Assembly (NCBI GenBank): GCA_028023455.1
Contig: JAQFVV010000009.1
Coordinates: 11,098,001 to 11,162,000, forward strand
DNA: 64,000 bases
Source: Epiperipatus broadwayi
Lineage: Eukaryota > Animalia > Onychophora
Reading direction: 5' to 3'
Positions 1-11,999 of the stretch are shown in pieces; position 1 is the first letter of the stretch; each line of letters opens with the position of its first letter. The notes below the pieces were generated by a model, which made no database searches, was not told the DNA's origin, and worked only from the letters and a program-made list of their open reading frames with translations. A program made the translations under genes and the position numbers.

Positions 1-367
1 ACACTTTATGACTGAACTTATAAGTTATACTTATAAATGGAAGAAGATGATTTTAGCATAATAATACAAAATACTTTGCCCAAATTTACATTTATGAAGT
101 AAAATGATATACCTGTGGATGCATTCACTTACACATAGGAATGATACAACACTGAATGCACTGTGAGTTTACACACTACCATAAAGCAACAAATATAATT
201 ACACAATTCCATGGATTAATCACGAGTTCAGGAATAAGTGTAAAAATACAGAAAGTGGCAAATAATTAATCTGCTGATTAACCACTAGCACAGACTAATG
301 TCATTTAACATTGTAAATAATTATGGCTTTACTTCATTAGCATTTGAAATCAATTAATATATATATA

Positions 368-580
368 TGCTCTGCGCACAGATAATGAAGCTATTAAACA
401 TAAGTAAAATTATCAAAAGTTACCGCCAAGCACTTTTGGGACAGTTTATAGTCCCATATTCATGGCGACTAAACACAAGTCGCCATGAATATGGGACTAT
501 AAACTGTCCCAAAAGTGCTTGGCGTCAACTTTTGATAATTTTACTTACATTTAATAGCTTCATTATCTGTGCGCAGAGCA
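368..580. mobile_element. Foldback/MITE-like hairpin element inserted in a (TA)n tract
   Basis: Arms 368-470 and 478-580 are reverse complements (99 of 103 pairs by hand count) around a 7-nt loop AAACACA. TA repeats flank both sides, and there is no coding content. Confidence 0.7.
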
Positions 581-3500
581 CATATATATATATATGTTAA
601 TTAACATTGCTAAGCAATATTAATATTTACTTCATATTTAAAGTGCAAAATCACCCTCCTCAATTATTCTGACAATTCAGAAAAAACACCAGCAATTTAG
701 CAGATGTGGGTTCATACATAATGAAAAGTGTTTCAATAATAAGGACAACTAATATACTGATTTATTCTGCTTAAAAACATAATAACAATATAATACAGGT
801 GACACAAGAATAGGAACAGAACCCTGGAAAGACTCATAAGACACTTCATGAGAGATTGACACACACCATAAATTTATTAGTAATTCTCAAGCTTTTTGCA
901 AGTGCTATTCCCTCAAATAAATATTTTATTCAATCTCATGAATTGAAGTTAATCATAGTAAAAGCATAAATCATGAACCTCACATATAAGTTCATATAAT
1001 AACAAAATTAAAATTAATTCATTCTTACTCAAATACATAAATAAAATATACACCATTTTTGGAATATTGAATATTATCCATGAAATAAATATAATATGTC
1101 TTGGACAATAAATACACATTACACAAAGTGATAATTATAAATTATAGCTGAACTTCATAGATGTTATTATATCCATTTGTTCTAGTTATTATGAGTATGT
1201 TTAAATTAATGAATTTTACGTGGGCTCTATGAATATGAGATAATTCCAAAAGCATGACATGTAGAGTTTAAATGAAAATTTTCTTCATGAGTTATTAAAT
1301 TGTACATTTTATCTAGCATTGTTCCAAATTTATAATATCCAGGCTATATTAATTTATCTATCCACATTTAAATCTAGGAATAATAATCAGCACAAAATAA
1401 TTTAATAACTCAACATTGGTGATAGAAATCAAAAAATAATTTTAGTTAATTGTTTAAAGGCTGTTATCATTATTCAGGTAGTAAACAAATTAAATAGTAA
1501 ATACATTAATGGCCATACATTCAGATAAGATAGTCAATTCTTTATTATTTAACTGATATGCAGAAACATTAAAATAGCATTTCAATAAAATTTAAATTTG
1601 ATTTTAAACCTCTTTTTTTTTTAAAAAAAAAAAAAAAAGTAAAGCTTTCATGTCTGAAAAACACCTGAAATTAAAATATTTATTTAATGTTGCCAGTTGG
1701 CATGCAATAATGCATTCCAAAATATACTGACCTTCTGCTATTAATTCTACTTTTAAAGTTAAATGTTCCAACATATTTCAAATGTAGATATTGAGCAAAT
1801 AATTAGCAATTTGATTCAGTGGCTGGTAGACTTGAACAGACCCTTTAAATTCAGCAACTCATACTGTTATTAAATATCACCATTTTATATTTAAATTCAT
1901 ATGAGAATTCTTGGTTAATCTGTTTGCTTATCAGTTATTGTTAAAATACGTGTAACATGTTTTGCTTACATGTTATTCTTACACCATTTTATCTCTTAAT
2001 AATACTACGAATGAATGCTCTCTTTCACTGAAATGCACAGTGTATTTATTATATTTTTATCTAATGATTAAAAATTAGTTAAATAACTGGCTTTTGAATT
2101 AAATGAAAATAATTTCTAAGATTATTTTAAATAAATAAGAATTATTATTATTTTTAATCACATTTTACTAAACTTGATGTATGCTGTTGATTTCTTACAG
2201 GTTAAACATATTTGACCCAAATCAGTGGATGGAAAAGAGCAATTTTAAATACATTAAAATAATACAGGCAGTAAGCAAGGCAAAATATTACTTATTCTCA
2301 CCAATAAATTATTTTGAATGCAAGTAAATAGTCTGTTCAAAATGCAAAACAAGTCAATCAAATCATCAAGAAGACAGAAATTTTTAAATCAGTTCTATCA
2401 ATATTTATGTTTTACACTAAAATATAAGGTTACAATATATATTTTAAAAATATCATCATCATCATTAAGATTGATGCTAAGTTATTTATCACCCATCTCA
2501 GAATAATTGTGAACATCTATCTCTTTGCAAAAAAAAAAAAAAAAATGTCTGTTTTAGTTTAATATGAATAAAATATTAGAATATATAAATATGAAATTTA
2601 AATTAGAAAAAAAAATCGTTTACATCTAATTTTTATTTGCTATTAAAGCAATGTTTACATGTGTTTCTTGCAAAATATTAGTTTGCAAATAAATCTTATA
2701 TTCATTGACAGCAGTTTGAGTTTAATCACAGATTGGATCCTACCAATTTTGGTTATCACTAAATTTTAAATTGATTTGAGAAGTTCAACGTTTATAAGTG
2801 GAGAACATAAATGAACTGCAGTGCATTATATGTTTTATTATGAATTAAAATATTACATTTATAGCTGAATTTTTTAAAAGCTACATCTTTCTTGATTGGC
2901 ATATATGCTTAGCACATACCTTGCTGTTTAAGGTCTTCTATCAACTTAAATCATTGTTATTTATTTAGGTAAACAGGCAATGAAATTTATTTTTTGAATG
3001 CAAATAAATAACTAAATCTATAATATATAGAATGATGAAGTACATTGATATATTTTAAACAATAAAACTAATATTCTTAATTATACAATTACTCATCCTT
3101 TTTTTTTTTTCTATTAGAAAATTTAAATAATAATGTAAATCTTTTGTTGTTCTGGCTTAAAATAATTTTACAGTCATTTATTTTAAGACAAATAACCAGT
3201 AAAACCTAAAAGTTCTCAGATATTTATTTTAATTAATTTTAAATTGACCTTTCAATTAAATTACACTATTAAATAAATACCTTTTAAATTAAATAAGATA
3301 AAATAAGAACATTAAATTTATATTTATAAATTGAGTAAGTCTGAACTAATAAAAATCTCATACATGCATGCACATAAAATATATGAAGTGTTTGTTCTAC
3401 AACCTTAAGTAAATGTAATCTTAAATGTAATTACTTTCTTTTAAAATATTCTGTGCTGTTATATCTGATTTATTTTTTTATTCTCTATTTCTTTATAAAA

Positions 3501-4623
3501 TATTTATTTTATGTGTGTGGATGTCTACAAAATTCGATAGTATTTTTTCATAATACTATAATAATGACAAAATACAAATGCACATATTTTTATATAAGCA
3601 TTGATTAGAAAATATGCTTAGGAAAACATTTTTAAATCATTTATAAAATTATATTTTCTCTTAAGCACTAATTAAGAAGAGATGCAGTGAATATATTTGC
3701 TTAACTATAAAAATAAAGCCAGTAAACTTTTTACAATTTGTTGAGTTATATTAGACAATTACAATAGTAACTATAAGATCACAATATATATATATTGAAA
3801 CGGAAACCTTCCATTCCCCTTCCGTTTCACCATCAACCTAATGACCTACTCATCTGAACTAGTTTCGAAGCTATTTTAAATGTCAAAATGTTATATATAA
3901 GTCGAGCGGTAACATTTGCTATCATGGTCTCCTGAATGGCATCATCCATTTACATACAAAAGTACGCTATAATGAGACAGGTTTGATAAAATTATAGCAT
4001 AGAAATCCTCATAATTATTCATAAAATGTTTTATTAATTTATCAATCAATTCTTAATTATATTCGCTATTTTATTCGTATGTGGATGGATAATTTAAACC
4101 ATGAAATTATGGCATAATGATTTGTACATACAATATTTAAGATTAAATAAAAATAATGTAACATGTTTTCTTTAAAATATATTTATGTTTTTCTGATTTA
4201 ATGTTTTATAGATATAACTGAAACTAAAGTATTTTTTATAAGATCTGTCAAACTTACTTTTTTTAAAAATAAACAATATAAAGAAACTATGTTGAAAGTT
4301 ATTTATATCAAGTTAAAATAAAAGTCATCGGTTTATAATTAAAAATGAGAATTTTGTGTAAACAAAAAATCAATTAGTGACCGCACCTGGGGAAAAGTAA
4401 AATCTAGTTTACTGATTGAATTTGTTTGCAACCAAAGACTTTATCATTAAATCAGAATACCGTTACTATCTGCTAAGCCTCAAAAATCTATAACACCTAA
4501 AAAAAGAATTTAATTAATGAAATCAGAATCAAAATTATATAATTTATATATTTTAATTAAAATTTTTTAAAGTAAATGAAATATAACACCTCGGAGACTT
4601 TAACAGTAGTAGAAATCAGATTA

Positions 4624-5620
4624 CATCTGGGTCTCATTTTACACGATAGATAGGTTCCTCAGAAAACACGCGCAAAAGAAATTGTGCAAAAATAGACATA
4701 ACTTACCTTGAAAAAGGGGGGATACGGTTTGTGATTTTTCAAAAATCGTATAAAAGCAAAGCACCAATGTAAAATTACTTTAAAATTTGTGCAAAAAAAA
4801 AAAAATAAGGAAATAAAATATGACTAATAAAAAATTTCAAATTTCAAAAAAAATTGATACAAGACAAACTTTTTTTAACTATAATATTTAATTTTATTCA
4901 AAACAATATATTTTTATGCATAATTTACAGTACAGTAATTGACATTTTTTTATACATGTTTTAATTATTATCGCTACTTGCCGATAAACAGGTTTGTTTG
5001 CAAACTGGTAAAAAATCAGATTCTTCACAAGAGGAAATACAACTAGCACCAACTTCACTCTCATATTGTGTTAATGGTTTACTGGTGACAATGTAATTAG
5101 TAATTAATCTTTGAGATGATGATTTTATTAATTGTTTATGAAGCTCACGATATCCAGACATACAACCATTTAGCTCTCGTTGGAATTTAAGAGCACGTTC
5201 GTGATTAGTGTCATTAATAAGAAAATAATTAAAAATAAACTTGCAGACACTAAATGATTAATAATTGATTATGTTCTTTTTTAAAAAGAAAAAACAGAAT
5301 GTGATTTAAAATGCAAAATTATCACACACAATGTTTGAACAAATTTACATTATAATCTTGTAAAATTTAATGTGGGTATACATAAAATGTGGAAATCATG
5401 ATTGCATAAAATCTTACTATTATAAAGCACTGAAAATATTGAAATTACTAAGATGAAAGTCAAATTCCAATAATGTGCTATTACTTTTAATATGACATAT
5501 GTGTGGGAAATTTATTATTTAAAGTAATAGCACATTATCGGAGTTTGACTTCCGAAGAAACATGAATAGCGTAACTTCAAAATTGCATTAAATAAATCCA
5601 CATAAAACGAGACCCAGGTG
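4624..5620 (-). mobile_element. Non-autonomous pogo/Tigger-type (Tc1/mariner superfamily) DNA transposon, copy 1
   Basis: TA on both sides and 18-bp TIRs CA(T/C)CTGGGTCTC(A/G)TTTTA. The minus-strand ORF 4961-5161 (SGYRELHKQLIKSSSQRLITNY) resembles pogo/Tigger transposase C-termini. Both subterminal regions are homologous to 22420-23396. Confidence 0.8.
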
Positions 5621-5902
5621 TATGTGATTTTGTTTAATTAAAAGTCAATTGGTCCTGAGGCAAACAAAATTCCAAAAAGGTGTTAAGGCTTTGTGGAAAT
5701 ATATAAATAGGCTATATTTTAAGTGGGAAAATATACTCCATCTTGCTTTTGAAGAGATGTTACTATCCAAGCTAAAATTGTTAATTTCACTATGTCCGGC
5801 TAAAAAAGGGCAAGAATTTTCTGCCTTTTCCGTGATGGAACATCGGAGTTTGATCCACCCAAGCCCGAAGCAACAACCAACGTTGCCTTAACAAGCTTAT
5901 AA

Positions 5903-6035
5903 TAAATAGAAGATGCCATAAGCCATGAAAAGAACTCACCTTCGTTCCAACTCAAGCACCCATCTTAAATTGTCTCCCGACTAAATAGAAGATTCCATAA
6001 TCCACTAAAAGAACTCACCTTCATTCCAGCTCAAG
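5903..6035. repeat. Diverged direct repeat, about 54-bp units at a 79-bp period
   Basis: TAAATAGAAGAT.CCATAA.CCA..AAAAGAACTCACCTTC.TTCCA.CTCAAG occurs at 5903 and 5982, inside a GC-richer island of probable transposon origin. Confidence 0.75.
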
Positions 6036-6659
6036 TATCTCCAATCCAGCGATAGGAGGACCATTTTGAATATTAAGTAAAATCGCAGAGCTCTGTGTGA
6101 AAACCAAAATGATCATTATTTTTTTAAAATACAGGTTAGCTAACTATATTATTGTAAACTCTTTCTAAATTATCTTATAATAAGTGATATTTCAATTCTA
6201 TAAATGACACACTTTTATTAATTTCCTTTATTAACTTAATGTTTTGCTATATATCTTAATCACTGCAGTATATTCACTTTCCTTTTGATTATTTTAATAA
6301 TTATTAATTATGCCTATGTTTCTAAATGGCATGCATTTAATTACAGAATATGTTTTTTTTTAAGATATAATTTAAAATCTTCGTATTATTATTTATTATA
6401 GCGTCATTTTACACTCTGTTTCAAAACCCTATTTTATAAATAACGGCTACACTTTTTTGCTCGTTGTTATTTTGTCATTTGTAAATTAATTAATGTAAAT
6501 ATAAAATATGGCTTATAAATCCAAATTTTCAACCTTTAATTATTATGTTACTAAAGATTAACTAGCTTGGAGTGTAATCATAAAGTATTTTTTTTTTATT
6601 AAAATATTTGTAAGTCGCTTAAATATATTCCCCCCCTTAAGAGTTTATTAGTTATAGAT

Positions 6660-6781
6660 AACTGAAAAGATTGAATAAGATAAAGTAAAGTTTGTATATA
6701 TATATATATACAATAGATATATATATATATATACAAACTGAAAAGATTGAATAAGATAAAGTAAAGTTTGTATATATATAT
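6660..6781. repeat. 46-bp direct duplication ending in (TA)n, separated by an inverted filler
   Basis: 6660-6705 equals 6736-6781. The spacer 6720-6739 is the reverse complement of 6689-6708. Confidence 0.85.
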
Positions 6782-7799
6782 TTCCATCAATAGCATATAC
6801 ATATTTCTCAGGCTACAGAGGAGTTGGCTCTTTTGATCAAGCTGATAAACTAGTGTTTATTTCATGTATAATATACTTCGGCTTGGCAGATGTGAAATTT
6901 ATTAATATTTTATCGTTGTGCTGTTTTTTGATATATATAAGATGGAGCCATGGTAAGTCCAGCCCATCTTCCTCTCTTATGGGCAGTGCAGTAGCTAAGA
7001 CTGAGCTAAGGGCCAGATTAGTACGTAAGTCCTCCACCTCTTATGAACCAAATAAAGATTCCCTTTTAGCAGCATGACAATCGGTCATTGGGTAAACCGG
7101 TGTTGTTCACGAAAACCCTAAAAACTATTCATCCATCCACAGAGCACCTTTATTATTATATTTTACTTGTGCATAGCATATTAGTAAAATCTCTATAGCC
7201 AACTCTACCTCCATAATATGCAATCTTCGGCATTGAACCGAAGCATTCTTGAAAACCCGTTCGATCTAAAGCCATGTGGGATGCTTTATATGCCCATATT
7301 TAATATATAAATTTGTCATGATCAGATGTATTATTAAGCTTCACTCCAGACTTGGTTTGATTACATGCATAATAGCCACTAAAACTGATGATGAAAGGAC
7401 ATAACTAATGCGTGGAATGCAGTGATTTATTATATAGCATAATATTTAGCTTCATTAAATTTGAGCCACAAATTTATTTAACCCAAATATCAATTATTGT
7501 TTGTACAATTGCCTAGAGTAATGTTGTTTAATAAATAAAATGCCTGCATGCATTATCCAATGCTAAGTAATGGGTTATATCAATATATATATAAAATTGT
7601 CAATAAATATATTTTATAATTCATCATATATCAGTTTCTGTCTCATTATTAAATCAATCCAATTCACTAATTGACCATAGCTATTCATTAATAAAGCCCC
7701 TACTAATTAAATATATTAGATTTTATCATGGGAATGTCTCTAGTATTTAAGTTGTTTATATATATGTTTAAGTCCATGAGTCTTATTGTTTTCCCCAAT

Positions 7800-7980
7800 T
7801 TGCTGGTGGGCCGGATTAAGAATTAATTCTCGTGTGCCATCATTGTTATGTTGTCCATTAGGTGTTTGATCTGGGGCTTGGATAGTGGGTTCGAATCCAG
7901 GCTGGTCCCTGACTTAAATCTCGGGCTTGACTGGATTTGAAGTACATTTTGTGAGTTCCAGCTCGTGTTAGATGAATAAA
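7800..7980 (+). mobile_element. Possible tRNA-derived SINE fragment
   Basis: Exact pol III B box GGTTCGAATCC at 7888-7898 in a GC-richer island. There is no complete cloverleaf and the boundaries are approximate. Confidence 0.4.
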
Positions 7981-9783
7981 CATGTTTTGACCAGTACAAT
8001 ATATTATAATGAAAAATATTCTAAAACACATGAACAATGCTAGTGAAGCAACATTGTCTCATAAATAGCAATATTCCCTTGTTGGATGAGCCAAAAATGT
8101 AATGGACAATTAATAAAATAATGGCCAAAAAAGCTGCCTGATCTACAAATGCCCACATATTAGAGCATGTTAGAAAATGTAATGGATAAATATTGTACTT
8201 GGGCAACTAAAATGAGTAATAAATAAACAAATGAATGACTTAATCCATAGACTGGCTCTATGATAGTTTGAATTTACATCTACAATGGATTCATGAATTT
8301 ATAAGATGCCAATGGGTCTATAATAAATATATCTGCTTAGCAAAGAAGATAAAATTTAATAAATAATATTTTTCTTGCCAATGAGAAATAATATGGGATA
8401 TACACTTAAATATTTTAATTATAAATAACTTGAGTAATGAAATAGTTTTATAATGATAATGCAATAAGTAAATCAAAGTATTTAAGTTAATAATAATAAT
8501 ATAAATTTATTGAAGTAAACATTAACTCATTGGGCTGATTAAGACAAAGAACGTAGTCCTAATTTTTTCAACTATAATCTAATATATAATATATCTTTAT
8601 AATTTACGCCTGACAGATTGCAATTAGTAGAAATGGTCTATGATTAAAATTGTTATGCATACTACATAAAGGGTTAATTACACATTCTTTCTCACACACA
8701 AAAAAATGTAATAAAATGTTAACATTATTATCTTTTATATATATTTTTCCCTTTAATATGTTTTATGTCTTGGACTCAAGTAATGTTTTTTTTTATAATA
8801 ATTATTAAATAATTTAAATAAATTATATATAGACACAGGTATATAATAAGCCTTTGTTTCAGTTATTATATAGAATATTATTTATGTTTAATTTTGATTT
8901 GTCGTCAAAAAAAAGTAATACATTAACAATTGATTTGTCTTAATTACATGAGTCTATTATTTAAGCCTATATCAAATGACAAGCTAAAACTGCATTATAA
9001 TTAAAATTATTAATAAAAGAGGACTTTGATAAATATTTTATCATTAAGCTACTATTATACTCTTAATCATTATTGATAGGTGAAATTTTATTTCATGTAG
9101 ATAATTTTTAAAAAAAATTATTTTAGCATCTGTTACCAAGTTTAACTTATATATAATTTCAGCTTAGATTCCATTATCCCCCAACATCTTCCTTGACACA
9201 GGTTTCCATGAACATTTTTATCCTTAAATGATATTCAACTATTCCTTTTGTTGATATTACAATCTATGGTAAATTTTGATAGTTTCATAGCTTCTTGGCA
9301 GTTAAGCATAGTGTTGTTGTTGTAATCATTCCATTTTGGTCATCAAAATATTAAACGATGACAAGAATGTGTTCTTTCCCTCCTAAATAATTTTTCTTCT
9401 CACAGTATATATTTTTTTGTTATAAACTTAGAATCTATTTGTAAAAGTAAGATTAGATAAAATACAAAATTTTAAGCAAAAGAAAATATGTATGTTCTCC
9501 TTGCTGAATATGTTTCTGATGCTATTGTAACACAAAATGCAGTCTTTTTCTTTTTTTTTTAAATACTAGCTTGTGAAAATGTGATTATCTTTTTTTCTTC
9601 TAATCTTAATAAGGCATTGTTACCACTCGATAAAACACTAAAATATTTTATTTTAAAATTCAATAAATAAAGTATTCATTCACTCTCCTTTTATCCTAAA
9701 TTAATAAATATATTTATTAAATATACGACATTTAATTGTTTTCTTTATTTAGTTATTTATACACTACAAAGTGAACTATAGAT

Positions 9784-9867
9784 GGCAACATGTGTGCATC
9801 ATAATATATATATATAATGATCAGGGCAACATGTGTGCATCATAATATATATATATAATGATCAGGG
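9784..9867. repeat. Perfect 41-bp tandem duplication containing a (TA)n core
   Basis: GGCAACATGTGTGCATCATAATATATATATATAATGATCAG is repeated at 9784 and 9825. Confidence 0.9.
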
Positions 9868-11160
9868 GAATGGATTCATACTCTACCTGCCATACAGGGT
9901 GCCGCCAGGCTATTTGAATCTGGAAAATTTATAATGTAAGCAGATACTTCTTGTTAAAAAATTTCCATTTTACTTTGACTGATATGCCCTACTTGCTGGC
10001 TGAAGAAGCTGAGATTTAATGATATAAATTTTTTTAAAACATATTTTTAATAAGAAAAAAATAATAAAATAAACTATTGCCAGTAATAACACAAACATAT
10101 ATTATGCATATAGATAACCAATTTGAGGATTGGGTTAATTTAACATTATTTAGATTTAATTCTATTATTCTTGATAATTTGCACAGATGGACAGTTTATA
10201 TAATTTGCTTTTAGTATGTTGAGCATAGATAGGCTACATAGACTATGCATTTAAAAACTTTCAGAAAATCTAACCCCAGACTAAAAGTTCACAGTTAAAC
10301 CAACACCAGCTTTCTGATATACAGACATAACCAATGCAACATGAAAATGTTAGCATAAAACCAGCGTCAACAAGAATGTATGTCTTTGTCATGATATTAT
10401 TAATAATAATGGTCTTCGTCCATCACAGAAATGTACATCTGTCTGGCAAAGAGGATAAAGAAAAATATAAAAGAAAATGTTCCATATGGAGAGAGAGCAG
10501 TCTTCACTGACTTATAGTCCCAATCCATAGAACAAAAGATCAATGGCATGGGAAATACATCCATCACAATGCAATGGCTATATTCTGGGCCATGCATTTA
10601 TTTAGGCATGGTACCCTATATGCTAAGGTATATTACCTTGATATAAACACCCACATATCCCTCCACCAACCTTGGCTCAACTACGGCACAAATAGTTAGA
10701 AATTAACCCCATTTAAACTAACAAACTTTAACAATCTATGCAGCCATCTACACCCAATTTAAATTTAATACAATTTAATAATTTAATTGCTTTTTTAAAT
10801 TTTTTAATGTATTTAACTTATTTAAAAATCCAGTAATGCACAAATAATGATCTGTATTCACTTTTATATCTAAATTTAGGTTTATGATCACCAACTCCTG
10901 CCATGTTATCAACAGGCCTTACACTAAGCATTAAAAGGAGTATAATACATATTTTATAAAGATTGCATTTAACATTTAAGATAAGAGACTTTTTACATTA
11001 CAAAGTTTATGAAAATAAAGTTCAGATGTGGTCATCAGAGAAAGTCTATAATTCATAATATCTTTTAATAGTTCATATTTAAAGGAAAATAAAGTTCATA
11101 AATTTTAAATCAAAGAAGGTTTATAGTTCATTCTATTATTAATAATTTATACTTTCCTTC

Positions 11161-11356
11161 CTTTCTCCGGGCTAGTTCCCTCATGATGAAGATCATCTGA
11201 ATTTACACAAGAGCCATTTCTTGCGGTTGATGATGATTTATCAAGATGGTTCTGGTGGTTCGATCCGGGATACGCAGAGGTGAAAACTGTCTTTGGCCAG
11301 ATGGACCAAGGGAGGCATGATTAAATGGATCTCATTGTGGCAACAACAACAACAAC
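11161..11356 (+). mobile_element. GC-richer interspersed element ending in a (CAA)n tail; probable SINE or LINE 3' end
   Basis: Abrupt GC-rich island with B-box-like GGTTCGATCC and a terminal CAACAACAACAACAAC. No protein motif was recognised. Confidence 0.35.
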
Positions 11357-11999
11357 TCTCCTACTTTGATCTACTTTTAGGTTTCTTTGTTTTTCAATAA
11401 CGACAGAACAAATTTTTTTTTTCTCATTTCTTTTGAATTTTTCTTTTTTATAGACCAGGAGCATGTTATCTTAGATCCTCAGATCCATCTGACATATTTC
11501 ATAACTGTATTTCATTGGTTCTTTGGTAAGTAGATTTTTCCTCTGCTGTCAGTGTGCATATATATCTTGGGCAGAAAAGCCAAGTTTTTTGTTTTTTTCT
11601 TCTGACTCTTATCTATTTCATAATCTTTTTAATGATCATTTTGCCCTGAAGACCTGTTTGTAATTTTATTTTTATTAAGAAAGAAATCACTCATCATTAT
11701 TTTTAAGACTAAAAGATTTTTATTATTATTTTATTTTAAGATTAGAATCTTTGCTTCCATTCTATAAATTCTTTTAGCTTATTTTATTTTCAGTATTTAA
11801 AGGAAACTTATTAATAAATTAATAACTCATTATTTGTGCATTTTGAACGTTTGTGCATTTAACTCATTATTAGATATCTACACACAAAAAAATTAAATGT
11901 AACGTGTGTATATATCCCGTTACAATATATATGTATATGTGCGCTTATAATAATTTGCCATAAAATGAGTTTCAAAAATTAAAAAAAAAAAAATTTTAA

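Noticed and set aside
2201-2270. Segment with a good acceptor (tttcttacag) and donor (GTAAGC), open in one frame (LNIFDPNQWMEKSNFKYIKIIQA)
   Set aside because: Its phases (2 in, 0 out) do not fit the phase-1 junction upstream of exon 26131, and it has no Cav similarity.
3797-3880. 10-bp hairpin TGAAACGGAA/TTCCGTTTCA and nearby GAAACTAGTT on the minus strand
   Set aside because: No CUGANGA core and no second copy were seen, and a short hairpin is expected by chance or as transposon debris.
6930-7030. Possible HDV-like ribozyme (GCTAA-GACT, AGTC, pyrimidine-rich loop)
   Set aside because: I could not build a consistent P1/P1.1/P2/P3 nested pseudoknot by hand.
7389-7402. Isolated CTGANGA hits (also near 10000, 11033 minus, 25958 minus, 50202, 51924 and 58450)
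   Set aside because: None has a correctly spaced GAAA, an NUH site and a closing stem I.
10274-10296. CCCCAGACTAAAAGTTCACAG, similar to the 3' half of family-A hammerheads
   Set aside because: Stem II and GAAA are missing. It is too short to assign.
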